From an uncultured virus (IMG/VR IMGVR_UViG_3300044646_001664) (Duplodnaviria > Heunggongvirae > Uroviricota > Caudoviricetes), in IMG/VR virus record IMGVR_UViG_3300044646_001664: a DNA stretch of 64,000 bases; one strand, 5' to 3'. A model generated the notes under the pieces. That model was not told the origin of the DNA and ran no database searches. It was given only the letters and a program-made list of their open reading frames with translations. Position numbers and translations under genes: made by a program. This document shows, piece by piece, positions 1 through 11,400 of the stretch; the first letter of the stretch is position 1, and the number at the start of each line of letters is the position of its first letter.

Positions 1-32
1 GTTGCCATAGAATTCTATTCTATCACAAACAC

Positions 33-62
33 AACAAAAAACCCACCTCCGAAGAAGTGGGT
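33..62 (-). terminator. Intrinsic terminator after the major tail protein gene
   Basis: Hairpin ACCCAC...GTGGGT followed on the minus strand by a T-run, 22 nt after the stop. Confidence 0.6.
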
Positions 63-84
63 ATTTGTTTAATCTGAATTTAGA

Positions 85-717
85 TTATGATTGACCGTAT
101 GTGCGATCTACGATTTTACCGTAAGATCCTGATGTATCTTCTGGCAATAAACGGAATGATACTTCAAACATTGAAGCCTCATCACGCTTTGCTGATACAG
201 TTACGTTTTCAATTGACAAAGCACGGTATGCTGTGTAAACTCTTTCAACATCGGCTGCAGTTGCTGGGTTTCCAGTTCCTGGGCCAACAGCAACTAATCC
301 TCGCTCCAATGGAACTTCTCCAATGTCGCCAGCAGAAAGATTTAATGTTCTTCCTGTAGATGCTGCCTTGTTTCCTGAAATTTCGTCATCAGAATACGCT
401 AGAGCAAGAAGCAAGTTTTCTAAAGTTGCTTCGGCAAAGGCTGTTGCAAGATTTACCTGCATACCTTGCTTAAATAGTCTAGCAACGTCAAGAACCTGAT
501 CTACCTGGACTTCACCGAAATCTGGTTGGAACTGTAATTCAAGACCGTTCATTGTATAACCTACGTTAGTGTAGTCTGCTTCATCTGTAAGTGTATCCTT
601 AAAAGACTCACTTGCATCAAATGTTTCCAGTGTTGCTGGAGTTAAAGTTGTGTCAGCAATAAAAAGTGCTGCTGCACCAACGATAATGTTGTTCGACGTA
701 CCACGGCTATATGGCAT
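85..717 (-). CDS. Major tail (tube) protein
   Basis: VGYT..GLE, V.VDQ motifs typical of siphovirus tail tube proteins; lies after the neck genes. Confidence 0.75.
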   Translation of the reverse strand: MPYSRGTSNNIIVGAAALFIADTTLTPATLETFDASESFKDTLTDEADYTNVGYTMNGLELQFQPDFGEVQVDQVLDVARLFKQGMQVNLATAFAEATLENLLLALAYSDDEISGNKAASTGRTLNLSAGDIGEVPLERGLVAVGPGTGNPATAADVERVYTAYRALSIENVTVSAKRDEASMFEVSFRLLPEDTSGSYGKIVDRTYGQS

Positions 718-793
718 GTATTTTACCTCTTTTCATAATAGTAGATATTAAGTTGTATGGCGTTGTTTCCTCGATACTAATTATATCACCGTT

Positions 794-1372
794 TTAAGAA
801 TATCGTTTATTTGAACCTTGCACGCTTACCGTATGATAGTCATACTCAATAACTAACTTGTTTAGCCCCAAGGTTCTAGCAGAAGCCAACTCTACGATAT
901 CCCTGCTTTCATCTGCTTGATACACCTTCAAGTTATGAAAAAATACATTTTTAGGGATTACGGCACCCGCCTCATCCTCTATATCATTATTTGCTATCCA
1001 AAAGTTTAAGGCTTGGGCTGCAACATCTTCTCGATCAAGACATTCTATTATTACCCTAGTTGTATCAAATAATTTAGAAAGATTAGGGCTATAAATAAAA
1101 TATATTAACTGTTCTCTTTTATGCTTGTAAAATGGGGTAGGTCTAAATCTCATAAGTCTATCAAATATAATTACGGTAGTATCAGGATTATTTCTAATAA
1201 AAGGAATGTCATTATATATACCTTCTACACTGTCAGGTACTTGAGCGGGAAAAAATGGCTGAAATGGTTCAAGTCCAGTTGGCATTAAATCAAACTCTTG
1301 AAGTTCGCTGTGAATAAAAGCGTTAATAAATATTGGGGGAAACCCAGTTTCTTTTGATACTAAAGAGGTCAT
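794..1372 (-). CDS. Putative tail terminator/neck protein
   Basis: 192 aa, directly upstream of the tail tube gene; call rests on synteny. Confidence 0.45.
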   Translation of the reverse strand: MTSLVSKETGFPPIFINAFIHSELQEFDLMPTGLEPFQPFFPAQVPDSVEGIYNDIPFIRNNPDTTVIIFDRLMRFRPTPFYKHKREQLIYFIYSPNLSKLFDTTRVIIECLDREDVAAQALNFWIANNDIEDEAGAVIPKNVFFHNLKVYQADESRDIVELASARTLGLNKLVIEYDYHTVSVQGSNKRYS

Positions 1373-1376
1373 AATA

Positions 1377-2054
1377 CTATTCTACACCAATCTTTGCATT
1401 AACAATCCATCTAAATCCAGTATCTACACCTTTTGACTTGCCTAGTCTTGCCCCAGACTTTATTTGTTTTTTAAATATTACTGGTTTTTTAATGTAGTCA
1501 TATATACCGCTAGCACGTAAAAATGATTGTTTAAAATACCTTAAAATAAATTCGTCTATTGTTTTTTCAAAAGATCCTTGAGCCTGACTTCCTCCAGGAT
1601 TTCTAACTGTTACAGAATTTTTAGTAAATACAGTTTCACCACCTTCATTAAAAACAAGAACTGGAGATTTTACTGGTTTAATGACAACTGGAATTCCTTC
1701 TTCCATAATCTTAGCCTTATTATAGAATGGCACATTTGATTCTTTTTTTACACTTCTTGATTGTGTAAATGTTGAATTAATGCTTAGTCCTAAATTGCTA
1801 ACAGTATAATTAATGTTAAATAGTCTTGCGCTTGGACTGCCTGTTTGATACCACTCATATACGTGCTGAAGTGCTGCAGGATTTCCTCTTGCAGAAACAT
1901 CTACATATTTAGCCATTGCATCTATTGTTTCAATTCCTAAGTTTTTTAAAAAAATTGTTTTACCTTTTTGAGCACCATCTAAAAAACCAAATGCATATTG
2001 GACTATGTTGTTCATTTCTTTATTAAAACTTGCTGTGTTGGTTCTAACTATCAT
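1377..2054 (-). CDS. Putative tail completion/neck protein
   Basis: 225 aa in the head-tail joining block; synteny. Confidence 0.4.
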   Translation of the reverse strand: MIVRTNTASFNKEMNNIVQYAFGFLDGAQKGKTIFLKNLGIETIDAMAKYVDVSARGNPAALQHVYEWYQTGSPSARLFNINYTVSNLGLSINSTFTQSRSVKKESNVPFYNKAKIMEEGIPVVIKPVKSPVLVFNEGGETVFTKNSVTVRNPGGSQAQGSFEKTIDEFILRYFKQSFLRASGIYDYIKKPVIFKKQIKSGARLGKSKGVDTGFRWIVNAKIGVE

Positions 2055-2500
2055 TAGTCTTCTACTGTTTGATTTTCTGTTCTACGTAATAAAAACTTAA
2101 AATATTCTACTGATCCAAAAGGACCAGAAAATGGTTCTACTGTTGCTATCTCATAGATTGTTCCACGTCCAGACCTTGACCCTGCTGTTTCTCTATAAAT
2201 AAGTTCATCGTTAGCATTACGAATATTTGTAATTAAAATGTTTGTAATAGCATTATCTGTTTTATTTGATGATACCCTAGGATCTGATTTTGTTCTTGCT
2301 ATTAGTTTATTTTCATGTTGTAGAAATGCTTCTGGTTTGATTTGTTCAGTACCCGCTCCACCTACAGATGTAGCATTACATATAATTGTTCTATCATAAA
2401 ACCAAGTTCTGCTTGCTTGTCCGTATTGAGTTTGATTTATTATTGGATAGTATAAATCAGCCTTCATTGGATAAAGAAAGTCTGTTGTGCAGTCTTCCAT
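2054..2500 (-). CDS. Putative head closure (stopper) protein
   Basis: 148 aa beta-rich protein coupled to the adaptor gene; synteny. Confidence 0.45.
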   Translation of the reverse strand: MEDCTTDFLYPMKADLYYPIINQTQYGQASRTWFYDRTIICNATSVGGAGTEQIKPEAFLQHENKLIARTKSDPRVSSNKTDNAITNILITNIRNANDELIYRETAGSRSGRGTIYEIATVEPFSGPFGSVEYFKFLLRRTENQTVED

Positions 2501-3486
2501 TATAATACTCCTGGACGGATGATATTCTCTTTATATTTTTCTAAAATTTTATCTACTAATATATTGCCAGTGCCTTCTATTAAGCGATCATCATATTGAA
2601 TTTTATATTGATCAGTGCTAAAACTTTTAACATATCTCTTGTAATAGTCCATTTTGCCACACTTAATATCATCAATTAACATTAATGTTGCATCTTGAAT
2701 ATCATAAGGAACAACTTTATATCCAGTCTCTAACAACATAATGTAATCTGCTCCTTCTGGAAATGCAACTCCAGGAACGACAGTTTGAGTATGTCCACTA
2801 TCTTCTGTATCAAACATGCTAATAGAATCTGAGTATCCTAATGGAATACGTGCATATCTTCGTTCTGCCCGATTTATAGAATCAACTGCCTCCATTGGAT
2901 CTTTAGTAATTGCTGTTTTATCTTTAGTAATTAAAAAAGTATAGTCTAATAACTCTGGTCCGTCTGCGTTGTCTATATCATAAACTAGTTGTGCATTTTC
3001 ATATACTTTTAAAATTTTGTGAGTTCTTTTCCAAAGCGGTAAATAATCATTTCCTTGTCCAACAACTTCTAAATAAGTTCTATCATAATAAAATCCACCG
3101 ACAGCAGCATCAATAATTGCTCTTGCTAAATTTTCATAACCTGTATAAAGTGCTATGTCGGTTGCTGTGCCAGATACGGCTAAAGGTGTTGGATCTACGT
3201 ATGGTCTCATAATTTCTAAATTATCTTGTACTACAATATCACCACGTACAATGTTTGCTCCAGAAGATCCACCATCTTCATAAATTGTTAAAGCATATGA
3301 TTTATCATATTTAACAAAATCATCATCTAAAGAGTAGGTTATTTTTTTACTAGCATTAGACTCAATGGTCTCTTCAATTTCTGTTAATTCTGCAACATTT
3401 TCAATAACAATAACATAGTCAGCATTAGCATCTGGAACTGTATAGGTTACAGAAAGTGGATAGGGTGGAAGACGTAATATTTGCAT
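2500..3486 (-). CDS. Putative head-tail adaptor/connector
   Basis: AR.IID and GY..VP.DI..AT..LI.D motifs, C-terminal TGN.LVD.IL..Y; follows the capsid gene. Confidence 0.55.
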   Translation of the reverse strand: MQILRLPPYPLSVTYTVPDANADYVIVIENVAELTEIEETIESNASKKITYSLDDDFVKYDKSYALTIYEDGGSSGANIVRGDIVVQDNLEIMRPYVDPTPLAVSGTATDIALYTGYENLARAIIDAAVGGFYYDRTYLEVVGQGNDYLPLWKRTHKILKVYENAQLVYDIDNADGPELLDYTFLITKDKTAITKDPMEAVDSINRAERRYARIPLGYSDSISMFDTEDSGHTQTVVPGVAFPEGADYIMLLETGYKVVPYDIQDATLMLIDDIKCGKMDYYKRYVKSFSTDQYKIQYDDRLIEGTGNILVDKILEKYKENIIRPGVL

Positions 3487-3488
3487 TT

Positions 3489-3842
3489 TTATTTACCGTA
3501 ATATGATGCTACCTCTTCAGGTGGTGCAATTCTTACCAACCTGTGGGTTAACCATTTTTCGGATGCCTCCTTTGAGACTATGTTGTACCCTACCTTAAGA
3601 GCACCTAGGTTATCCATGTGTAGGTTTCTTTCTGAGTATAACGCTATTTTGTTTATCATACTTTTTGCTTTATCTGCTTCTTGAACTTGTTCTTCTGTTT
3701 TTTCTGGTGGAATCCAACTAGCCAAGATTTCTAAAATTTCAAGTTTAGTGGTTGATTCAAACAACTCTATATTATTTTTTTTTGCATATGCCTTTAATGC
3801 CATTACAGTTTTAGTCGATAATTCTTCTATTGTTAAACTCAT
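3489..3842 (-). CDS. Hypothetical protein with N-terminal Rho-N/HeH-like helical motif
   Basis: L..KTV.ALK.YAK..NI......K.EIL pattern. Confidence 0.4.
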   Translation of the reverse strand: MSLTIEELSTKTVMALKAYAKKNNIELFESTTKLEILEILASWIPPEKTEEQVQEADKAKSMINKIALYSERNLHMDNLGALKVGYNIVSKEASEKWLTHRLVRIAPPEEVASYYGK

Positions 3843-3884
3843 AATTCTCCTATGCTTATTTGTAATTATACCAGAATAAGAATA

Positions 3885-3913
3885 AGGCGGGTAGTTTTTA
3901 CGCTACCCGCCCT
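3885..3913 (-). terminator. Hairpin/terminator after the major capsid gene
   Basis: Inverted repeat AGGCGGGTAG...CTACCCGCC. Confidence 0.55.
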
Positions 3914-3933
3914 AATATTTGATCTTTTAGATC

Positions 3934-5085
3934 TTAGGAATCAGCGCTATCTGAGTCAACATAAGCGACTGCATCTAGTTCTTCCCATTGGATACCAAAG
4001 CGTACAAATACTGTGTACTCAATTGTATCTTTCTTTGGCTTGTATTCACGGTTTACAGTGATGTCTCTCTGGAAACCCCATACACGGTTCTGAGGGAATG
4101 TCAAATCGACATAACCTGCAGGGTAGTAAGGAACTTCTAGAACGTCTACACCAAGTACACGGGTTGTGCGTGAGTTGCCAGTTGTCTGTGCACCACCATC
4201 AAGGAATGCTTGACGATTTGCTTCAGTACTTCCTGGACGGTTAGCAAATGCTTCTGCAACTGCATCAGCAAGTGTACCGTTGTTACGAACAATACCAGCA
4301 AAAGCATCAGTACCTGCGTAGAACTTAAGGTTTGACTTAAGTGCACGATACTTACGAGGCATTGCTAATAGCAAGCCTTGCATTACTGATGTTGAGTAGT
4401 TGTTGTCTGAAACTGTTGCAGCATATTCGTGAGCGTCGTTTCCGACTGTTCCACGAGTTTGCTTAACAAAGCCAGGCATGATGGAAAGGAAGGCATCTGC
4501 GCCTGATCCTAGACCATTAATTGCAAGGTCTTCAATATCGTTAGCGAATGCATTGGTCATTAAGCGAACTAAATGATCTTCAAGTGCTCCACCTTCAATA
4601 TTGTCTTCTAGTGCTTCAGTTGATACTTCCCAATCAAGACGAATCTTTTTGGTAGTTAATTCAACCTTTGAGAATGTTGCACCAATGTTTGTGTAATCTG
4701 GTGCGCCTTGTGCGGCTGCACGGATAACACGCTCTCCAACGTTGACCTTTTCGATCTCCATTGTATTGGCACGCATTGTAACTCTACGACCATCTTTAGC
4801 GAGAACTGTTGCATCCCACACATAGTCGATGAAGCGACGTGCTTGTTCTGGTGCTAGAATACCACCTGCTGCGCCTGTTGGGTTTACTGCGTTTGCTCCA
4901 GATGTTGATCCGAATGCTGCAGTTGCAGTGTTACCAAGTTGTGATCCTACAGACGCTGCTGCAGAATCTAAACCAGTAGCACTACCTACGCCACCAGATA
5001 CGAATGAGCCTTGAGAGTTAATCTCTGCGCCTGCTCCGCCTGATCCTGGGTAGTTTTTTTCTAGGTCTTTATTTTGTTCCGACAT
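3934..5085 (-). CDS. Major capsid protein (HK97-type)
   Basis: GG.L.PEQA.RFID, EALEDNIEG, FANDIEDLAING motifs; AGGAGGTG RBS before MSEQNK (start 5085). Confidence 0.9.
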   Translation of the reverse strand: MSEQNKDLEKNYPGSGGAGAEINSQGSFVSGGVGSATGLDSAAASVGSQLGNTATAAFGSTSGANAVNPTGAAGGILAPEQARRFIDYVWDATVLAKDGRRVTMRANTMEIEKVNVGERVIRAAAQGAPDYTNIGATFSKVELTTKKIRLDWEVSTEALEDNIEGGALEDHLVRLMTNAFANDIEDLAINGLGSGADAFLSIMPGFVKQTRGTVGNDAHEYAATVSDNNYSTSVMQGLLLAMPRKYRALKSNLKFYAGTDAFAGIVRNNGTLADAVAEAFANRPGSTEANRQAFLDGGAQTTGNSRTTRVLGVDVLEVPYYPAGYVDLTFPQNRVWGFQRDITVNREYKPKKDTIEYTVFVRFGIQWEELDAVAYVDSDSADS

Positions 5086-5113
5086 TATTTTCACCTCCTA
5101 GTGATTTTGTACT

Positions 5114-5674
5114 TTAGTTAAATAGGTCGGTTGATGTGAGGAAACGACCGCCCCATAGGGATTTCTGAACTTTTGAGGGTTCAAACTGCACGATCTCGCC
5201 TAGATCGCCAGACTTGCGGAAAGCGGTGTCTTGTTCTACAAGATCTACTCGCTTACCAAACTCATTAAAAACTCCCTTTACATTTTTTACTTCATCAGAT
5301 ACGGTCTTAACCTCACCTGATACGGTGTCAAGAGACTTACTCAATGCAACAATTTGCTCGTGAAGAGACTTAACGGTTGTTGCTAAATCGCCAAAGGCAT
5401 TTGTAAGAGAATTTTTGATTTCTGTAACTGCCTCAACAATTACTTCATCAGACTTTGCTACAACAGTTTCAGTTGCAACAACTTCTCCCTCTTCTGTTTT
5501 TTCAACAGAAGAATCTGCACTACCATCGCTAGATTTAGCAAGAGCAAGTTCTTCAACTGCTGGTGCCTCCTCAGCAACTGCAACAGTTTCTTCAACTGCT
5601 ACTGGCTGTGCCTCTGGAGCGACCTTTACTTCTTCAACTGCAGTGTCAACCACTGCTTCTGTTGTTTCAGTCAT
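5114..5674 (-). CDS. Probable nested in-frame scaffold protein (MTETTEAV...)
   Basis: Internal AAGGAGG 8 nt before ATG at 5674, with TACAAT just upstream. Confidence 0.5.
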   Translation of the reverse strand: MTETTEAVVDTAVEEVKVAPEAQPVAVEETVAVAEEAPAVEELALAKSSDGSADSSVEKTEEGEVVATETVVAKSDEVIVEAVTEIKNSLTNAFGDLATTVKSLHEQIVALSKSLDTVSGEVKTVSDEVKNVKGVFNEFGKRVDLVEQDTAFRKSGDLGEIVQFEPSKVQKSLWGGRFLTSTDLFN

Positions 5675-6433
5675 AGGACTAACCTCCTTTGTAATCTTAA
5701 TTGTACTAATGCCTTTAGCACTATCAACTAAGAACTTTAGTGTTTCTGTATTATTTTTGTCTCCCTTTTCAATAAAGCCAATGTTTTGCATTGCCTTTCC
5801 TGATGTAGGGCTTGTTTCGTTTTCAGACTCTGACACCATAACGATTCCAGTTTCTGAATCCCAAAACACATTTTCAATTTCTGCCTTTGAAAGATATCCA
5901 CTAACAACATTTTTACCATCTACCTTTTCGATAGATACAATGTTTGCAAATTGGTTTGCAGGATTATCAACCAACGACAACTCAAATAAATCATATTCTT
6001 TAATTACACGTATAGTTTTGCTTAGTTCTTCGTTGTATGCGTCGTCCCAATTTTTAATGTTACCGCCAATAGAAAAACCTTTGTATGTTCCGTCTAAAAC
6101 CTTTTCCCATGCATCTTGTGCACCTTTTGAAACATATGCTGAAACATATACTCCACTATAAAACTTCTTAACTGATGGATCAAAATAACGATCTTCTTTA
6201 AATGATACAATTTTTCCAACTGCGGATGGTTGGTGCATCTCACGCAAGTTTCCTCTAAAATTTTTGAATGCTTCAACGCTTGACTCTGTTGTTACGATGT
6301 CGCCTTGCTTATCAATATTATCTAAAGTAGCAAAACCAGAAACCATACGACGCTCTATGTCTACTTTACCAATAGGCATTGATAGGCGAACGCTGTCGCC
6401 AGTAGTTTCCCAATGAGCCTTATTTATTAACAT
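5114..6433 (-). CDS. Prohead protease fused to a C-terminal scaffold region
   Basis: V.GFAT...D.QGD, LREMH, GFSIGG, ELSLVD.PAN motifs; acidic, coiled-coil C-terminus. Confidence 0.85.
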   Translation of the reverse strand: MLINKAHWETTGDSVRLSMPIGKVDIERRMVSGFATLDNIDKQGDIVTTESSVEAFKNFRGNLREMHQPSAVGKIVSFKEDRYFDPSVKKFYSGVYVSAYVSKGAQDAWEKVLDGTYKGFSIGGNIKNWDDAYNEELSKTIRVIKEYDLFELSLVDNPANQFANIVSIEKVDGKNVVSGYLSKAEIENVFWDSETGIVMVSESENETSPTSGKAMQNIGFIEKGDKNNTETLKFLVDSAKGISTIKITKEVSPMTETTEAVVDTAVEEVKVAPEAQPVAVEETVAVAEEAPAVEELALAKSSDGSADSSVEKTEEGEVVATETVVAKSDEVIVEAVTEIKNSLTNAFGDLATTVKSLHEQIVALSKSLDTVSGEVKTVSDEVKNVKGVFNEFGKRVDLVEQDTAFRKSGDLGEIVQFEPSKVQKSLWGGRFLTSTDLFN

Positions 6434-6474
6434 ATCGTTATCTATTATACCAAATATTATTACACTTATCTCAA

Positions 6475-8073
6475 TTATTGAGATGAGCGACCTTCACCCT
6501 GTGCATTACGACCAGAGATGGTTGTAGTAGAGTCAGAATTGTTATTTGTTCGTTCTGCATCTCTTTGACGATTTCCTGCCAAATTAGCCCTTGTATCAGT
6601 TGCCTGTCTTGCAGACATAACAAATGGCTCATCTCCATCGGCTCTTTGTGGAAGATCTAACTTTTCACGAGCCTCATTTGGAGTCATAACCTGTGTTTTT
6701 ACATAACGCTCAATAATTTGAGATTGAGCAATTTCATCTGTAAGTGTTAGTTCATTAAACTTAAGTTCAAGGATATCTGTTTTTTCACGAATAATTTTAT
6801 TAACAACCTTTTCAAGATGCTTTTGTGCTGGACGAGATACTTGCTCTTTAAAGGTACGATCTTGTGATAATGCCGCTGCAATTCCAGAATCTGCTCCACC
6901 AAGTTTAGAGATTGGAACCTGATGTGCAATTAGGATATCATCACGATTTTGTTTGCGATATTCTTTAAATGATCCTTCTTGAATACCGTTTTCAATTGGC
7001 TCCATCTTAAACTCAACCTTATTGTTTTCAGTATCTCCAGGAAGTGGGATATAAAGAGTTCTATGTGATTGAGATTTTAGTCCTGTTTGTAAAAATCTAA
7101 ACATCTTGTCTTCACCGTCAGATGATAATTTTGCACCCTTTAAGGTTACGATGTATCTAGGAACTGCCTTGTTTTCAAAGTAGTCAATGTTGTATTGTGA
7201 TGCTAATTGATCACCAATAAGTGATGGCATAGCAGCAACAATGTCTGGAATACCATAAAATGTATTTAATGGAGAGTATTCTTTATAGTGAATAATCTCA
7301 TTTGGACGTGCATCATTAGTCATTGGGTTTGGATTTTTAGCACCAAAGTTTCTAAAATAAACTACTGAGTTGCCAATAATTTGAACAAAGCCATCATGTA
7401 AACGACGAACACGAACAGTGGTTGCAGGTATATGACCAACGTAGCCAATTTCACCAGTTACAGTTCTACCAATTTCAATAAACCCATTACCAGTTGCTTG
7501 AACATCTGTATAAAATTTTTCCATAGTCTTAGTAAATGAATCATCATCGTTAAGGTTTTCTAGCCAATCCTTTAACTCAAGTTTCATTCTTTCAATTCTG
7601 TTACGAGCACGATCAACTGCTGCTTGATCTTCATTCATTTCAAACCTAAGCATTGTTCTATCTGCAATATCAAAACGGTATCCAAGACCAACTACGTTTT
7701 CTACCTTAGCATCAATAGCAGCATGATTAGCAAATGATGTGTCATAGAAGTTGGCTAACTCATACATGTTATATGGTGGAGTAATTACGTCAAATAGTCC
7801 GTAACCATTTCTATATACCGTGCCAGGATTAATAGCCTTTGATCCTGCATCTACTCCAGATGGTGTAGCATTAGCAGAATCTAAATATTCATTTGTTGCA
7901 AAGTTCATTGCCTTTGTAACATTTCTTGCAGTTTTTCTACGGAAATTTTGTTCTAACCCTGTAAAATCTTTTAATGTATCCCAAGTTTTATTAAATGGGT
8001 CTTGTTGTGAAAATGGATTGTCATTTTTTTCTTGTGTGTTTAATCCAACTCTTACGTATTCTTCACTCATCAT
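6475..8073 (-). CDS. Portal protein
   Basis: TGNGFIE, NEIIH, YGIP, YFEN.AVP, VMTPNEARE.L.LP motifs of phage portals. Confidence 0.9.
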   Translation of the reverse strand: MMSEEYVRVGLNTQEKNDNPFSQQDPFNKTWDTLKDFTGLEQNFRRKTARNVTKAMNFATNEYLDSANATPSGVDAGSKAINPGTVYRNGYGLFDVITPPYNMYELANFYDTSFANHAAIDAKVENVVGLGYRFDIADRTMLRFEMNEDQAAVDRARNRIERMKLELKDWLENLNDDDSFTKTMEKFYTDVQATGNGFIEIGRTVTGEIGYVGHIPATTVRVRRLHDGFVQIIGNSVVYFRNFGAKNPNPMTNDARPNEIIHYKEYSPLNTFYGIPDIVAAMPSLIGDQLASQYNIDYFENKAVPRYIVTLKGAKLSSDGEDKMFRFLQTGLKSQSHRTLYIPLPGDTENNKVEFKMEPIENGIQEGSFKEYRKQNRDDILIAHQVPISKLGGADSGIAAALSQDRTFKEQVSRPAQKHLEKVVNKIIREKTDILELKFNELTLTDEIAQSQIIERYVKTQVMTPNEAREKLDLPQRADGDEPFVMSARQATDTRANLAGNRQRDAERTNNNSDSTTTISGRNAQGEGRSSQ

Positions 8074-8434
8074 TACCATACTTATCATAGGTTTGTCGTG
8101 CTGCTACCCAAGCACCATGATCATTCATGGAAGGAATTAAGCCATTCTTCATTCTATCTAGTTGTTCAGAATGCTCTTCCTCGCTAATTCTTGTAAGTCC
8201 AGGAACAAATACTGCACTTCCTTCACCGTCATCACCGTAATGAATAGCAACTTTTTTTAATTCTGAAATTTTTGTAATATCACCACGCTCTGCTGGTATG
8301 TTTAATATGCTACCAGAGCCATCTGTAAACCATGAACCATCTGACTTTTTGTACACGTAAAGACCCCAATTGTAATCTTTTTCTATTACTTTGCGTCGGA
8401 CATTGCCAACTTTTTTAAGAATATCGTTATTCAT
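8063..8434 (-). CDS. Hypothetical phage protein
   Basis: Open ORF directly upstream of portal; TGCTATACT 7 nt before the ATG. Confidence 0.55.
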   Translation of the reverse strand: MNNDILKKVGNVRRKVIEKDYNWGLYVYKKSDGSWFTDGSGSILNIPAERGDITKISELKKVAIHYGDDGEGSAVFVPGLTRISEEEHSEQLDRMKNGLIPSMNDHGAWVAARQTYDKYGNDE

Positions 8435-8452
8435 AACCATCAGTATAGCATA

Positions 8453-11400
8453 TTATAGGGCTGAAGCGACAGTCGTTGACCAAGTTACAGCCTGATATAT
8501 TTGCATTTTGTCTGAGTCTACACTTAAACCACTTTCATCATCAAATATTATTTTATTAGTGCCTAGGTATGCTCGATAGATGTCTCCTGGATTTACTCCA
8601 TACAAGTTTGATGATCCTATAACCAATGTTTCATACCAAGTTTTATTTGTTTGCCAATAGGACCACGTAAAGTTAATGGCATCCTCTGTTTTTACCCTAA
8701 GCCAAGGTCTTGTAACTGTTCCCTGAATTTGTTGTAAATTATTTGCTTGATAGTATGCCACATTATTAAAGAGTACAGGGCCATTAATATTAATTGCTCC
8801 TAAAAATTCATCAAAATTAAGTGCGGTAGAAAAAAATATTCCAAGAACTCCCCACTCTTTAGAAGTAAGGATTGGCTCTCTAACCTCTAGACCATTCCAA
8901 TAATATTGAAAATCATCAACTATTTGACCAGTTGAAAGACTTTTTGCAAAAACTCTTGCTCTTGATCCAGTGTCACTATCTGCTACTATGTAAAATTTAA
9001 AGGTATCTTCCTTGTAAATAATTTCAAACAATTCTGTTGGAACTGGTGGAAACTCATCTTCTGAATATCTAAGCCAAAGTTGTACTGCACTAACAAGATA
9101 ATCTGAAGACAATGCCTGATTTATTGGTAAAGAAATACCACGATCTTCTAAAGAAAGAATATCTCCACGAACTTGAATTCCAGAGTCTTTTGTTAAATAA
9201 AGGTATGGCGTAGTGCCTTTATAAATAGTAAAAGGGTTTTTAGATTTATAGTCATAATAAATTCCTGAACGTTTATAGGGAAATAAGTCAACTCCAAATC
9301 TTGTTCCAACAGGATTAAACGAGTTATCATTAAATGCTTGAGAGGCAAGTTGAAGTCTATTTAATAGAATTGGTTTATTTAATATTCCCCGTACTTTAAA
9401 TTCTAAATGATAAACAATTGCGAGATCATTAAAATCTACAGTTTTACTTGGATAAACTATTGCATTATTTACAACTTCAAACTTTGTTGTTTCCCAATTT
9501 TCATATTCATCTACATCAATAATGGAGTCACGTAAAACTGGTTGAGTAATGGTAAAATCACTATCTAATAAGTTAGCACCATCTTCGATATATTGAAAAG
9601 TTAAATAACATCTAACTGCAGAATCCGTGGTGTCATATTTATAAGTTTTTACAGCATTCTGATTGGCATCTTCGTAGTTATTCCATCCAGTTAGTAGTTG
9701 ATTGTCAAATTGATAGTATGTTTGTTGAGTTGGTTGAAAATAATTTTGATATAAATCTGCGTAAGTCCAGGCTGAAACAGTTTCATTTTCTATTAAAGAG
9801 GTTGGTGACGGAACGCCTACGTTAAACTGTAAAAAATCTAAATCATAAAATTGATTGCCAACGTCATTGGTTACAAACTGAGCAAAATAAGAAAGCGGCA
9901 GATAGTCTTGCCAAGATCCAGAGACGCCTATATCTAAAAAGTAAGAATCATAATTTTCTATAGGTAGTAGGGTGTAACTTGATAAATGATTAAATAATGC
10001 AATAGCATTCTCTTCTTCTGTGATACCAGAAACAGACATGTCGTCAAAAATTGCTATACCATCAGAATTAAAATAATCAGATATAAGGGTTGTATTTTTT
10101 GTTGTAGCAAACCCAACAGAATACATTTTTCCTAAAAAGGTTTTGCTTAAAGAGCCATCTCCACCTATATAAACTTTAAGTGAATTTCGACTACCAAAAA
10201 ACGTAGAGACATTTCCGCCAAAAGTTTCTATTAATAACTCTATATTAATACCTGCAGAAAATAATTGATGGGATTCAATAACTTCAGATGTATATATTAC
10301 TTGGTTGATATCGTTATAGTATAGGTTATATGTAATTACATTTTGATCTTGTTCAATTGAAAAATAATTATTGTTTAAAGAATTATAAATTTTAAACAAG
10401 GTTTGATTAGAGTTAAGGTTGTGATTACTAAATACACCGTAAAAACAATCAACCTTAGTATTTAGAATATTAAAATTATCAAAGTTAAGGTAGCAAGTTT
10501 TTGTATTCCAAGAACTATTAGGCCTAAAGGTTATAAAGGTTTCATCATCAATTGGTCCAGAAACGCTATTTTGAATTGACTTATTATCTTCATACAGTTC
10601 GGTTAAAGTTTTATCTGATAAAAAAATTTCTGGAAGTTCGTATTCAGGAGTTCTTAAAACTTTTGTTGTTGTTGTTAAATTATCAAAAGACCCTTGTTGC
10701 CATTGAGCAAAATCTGGATAACTGTAGTTAGCGGTGTAATCTGCAAAAGAATAATCAATAAATGCAGATGTTCCTCCGTAAGAAGAGTTAATTCCTTCTG
10801 GAGAAATAACTCCTTGTCCATAAACCCATCTCCTTTTTGCTACATTTATAGGAACCTGATAAGAATAAATAGCAACACAGTCTATATCAATTGGAGTAAT
10901 ATCGTTATATGCATAAAATCCTAGCCAGTCTTGGCTTTTATTTGATTCATTACGTTCTTCTGGTAGTTCAAGGTTATCAGTTTCAATTGTTAAAGATATA
11001 ACTTCTTCTCCATTTAAAATTAAACTTGCAGCATTTCTAATTAATCTAATTTGAATAAGCATTGGCCTAAACCATTCTCCAACAAAATGAGAAGAAAAGT
11101 TTTTACCTATTACTAATGTTAAAAATCCATTATCAGCATAAAGACCATCTTCTGATGCTATTGGACCAAATATTTTTTTAGAAGTAGGAGAGTCTGAATT
11201 TATTCTTGCCCAAAACTCTACGGTGTAGTCTTTATACTGACCAACTTTATTTAAAAACCCTTTTCCTGGAACAATTAAGGATGGTTCTCCGCTAGGATTT
11301 GCTCTAAGAGTTGTTATATTTGATGCTCCATAAACTAAAGGTATGCTTGTATTTTTTGCAAAAAGACTATTATCTGAAACTATATGATAGGCATTATCAA

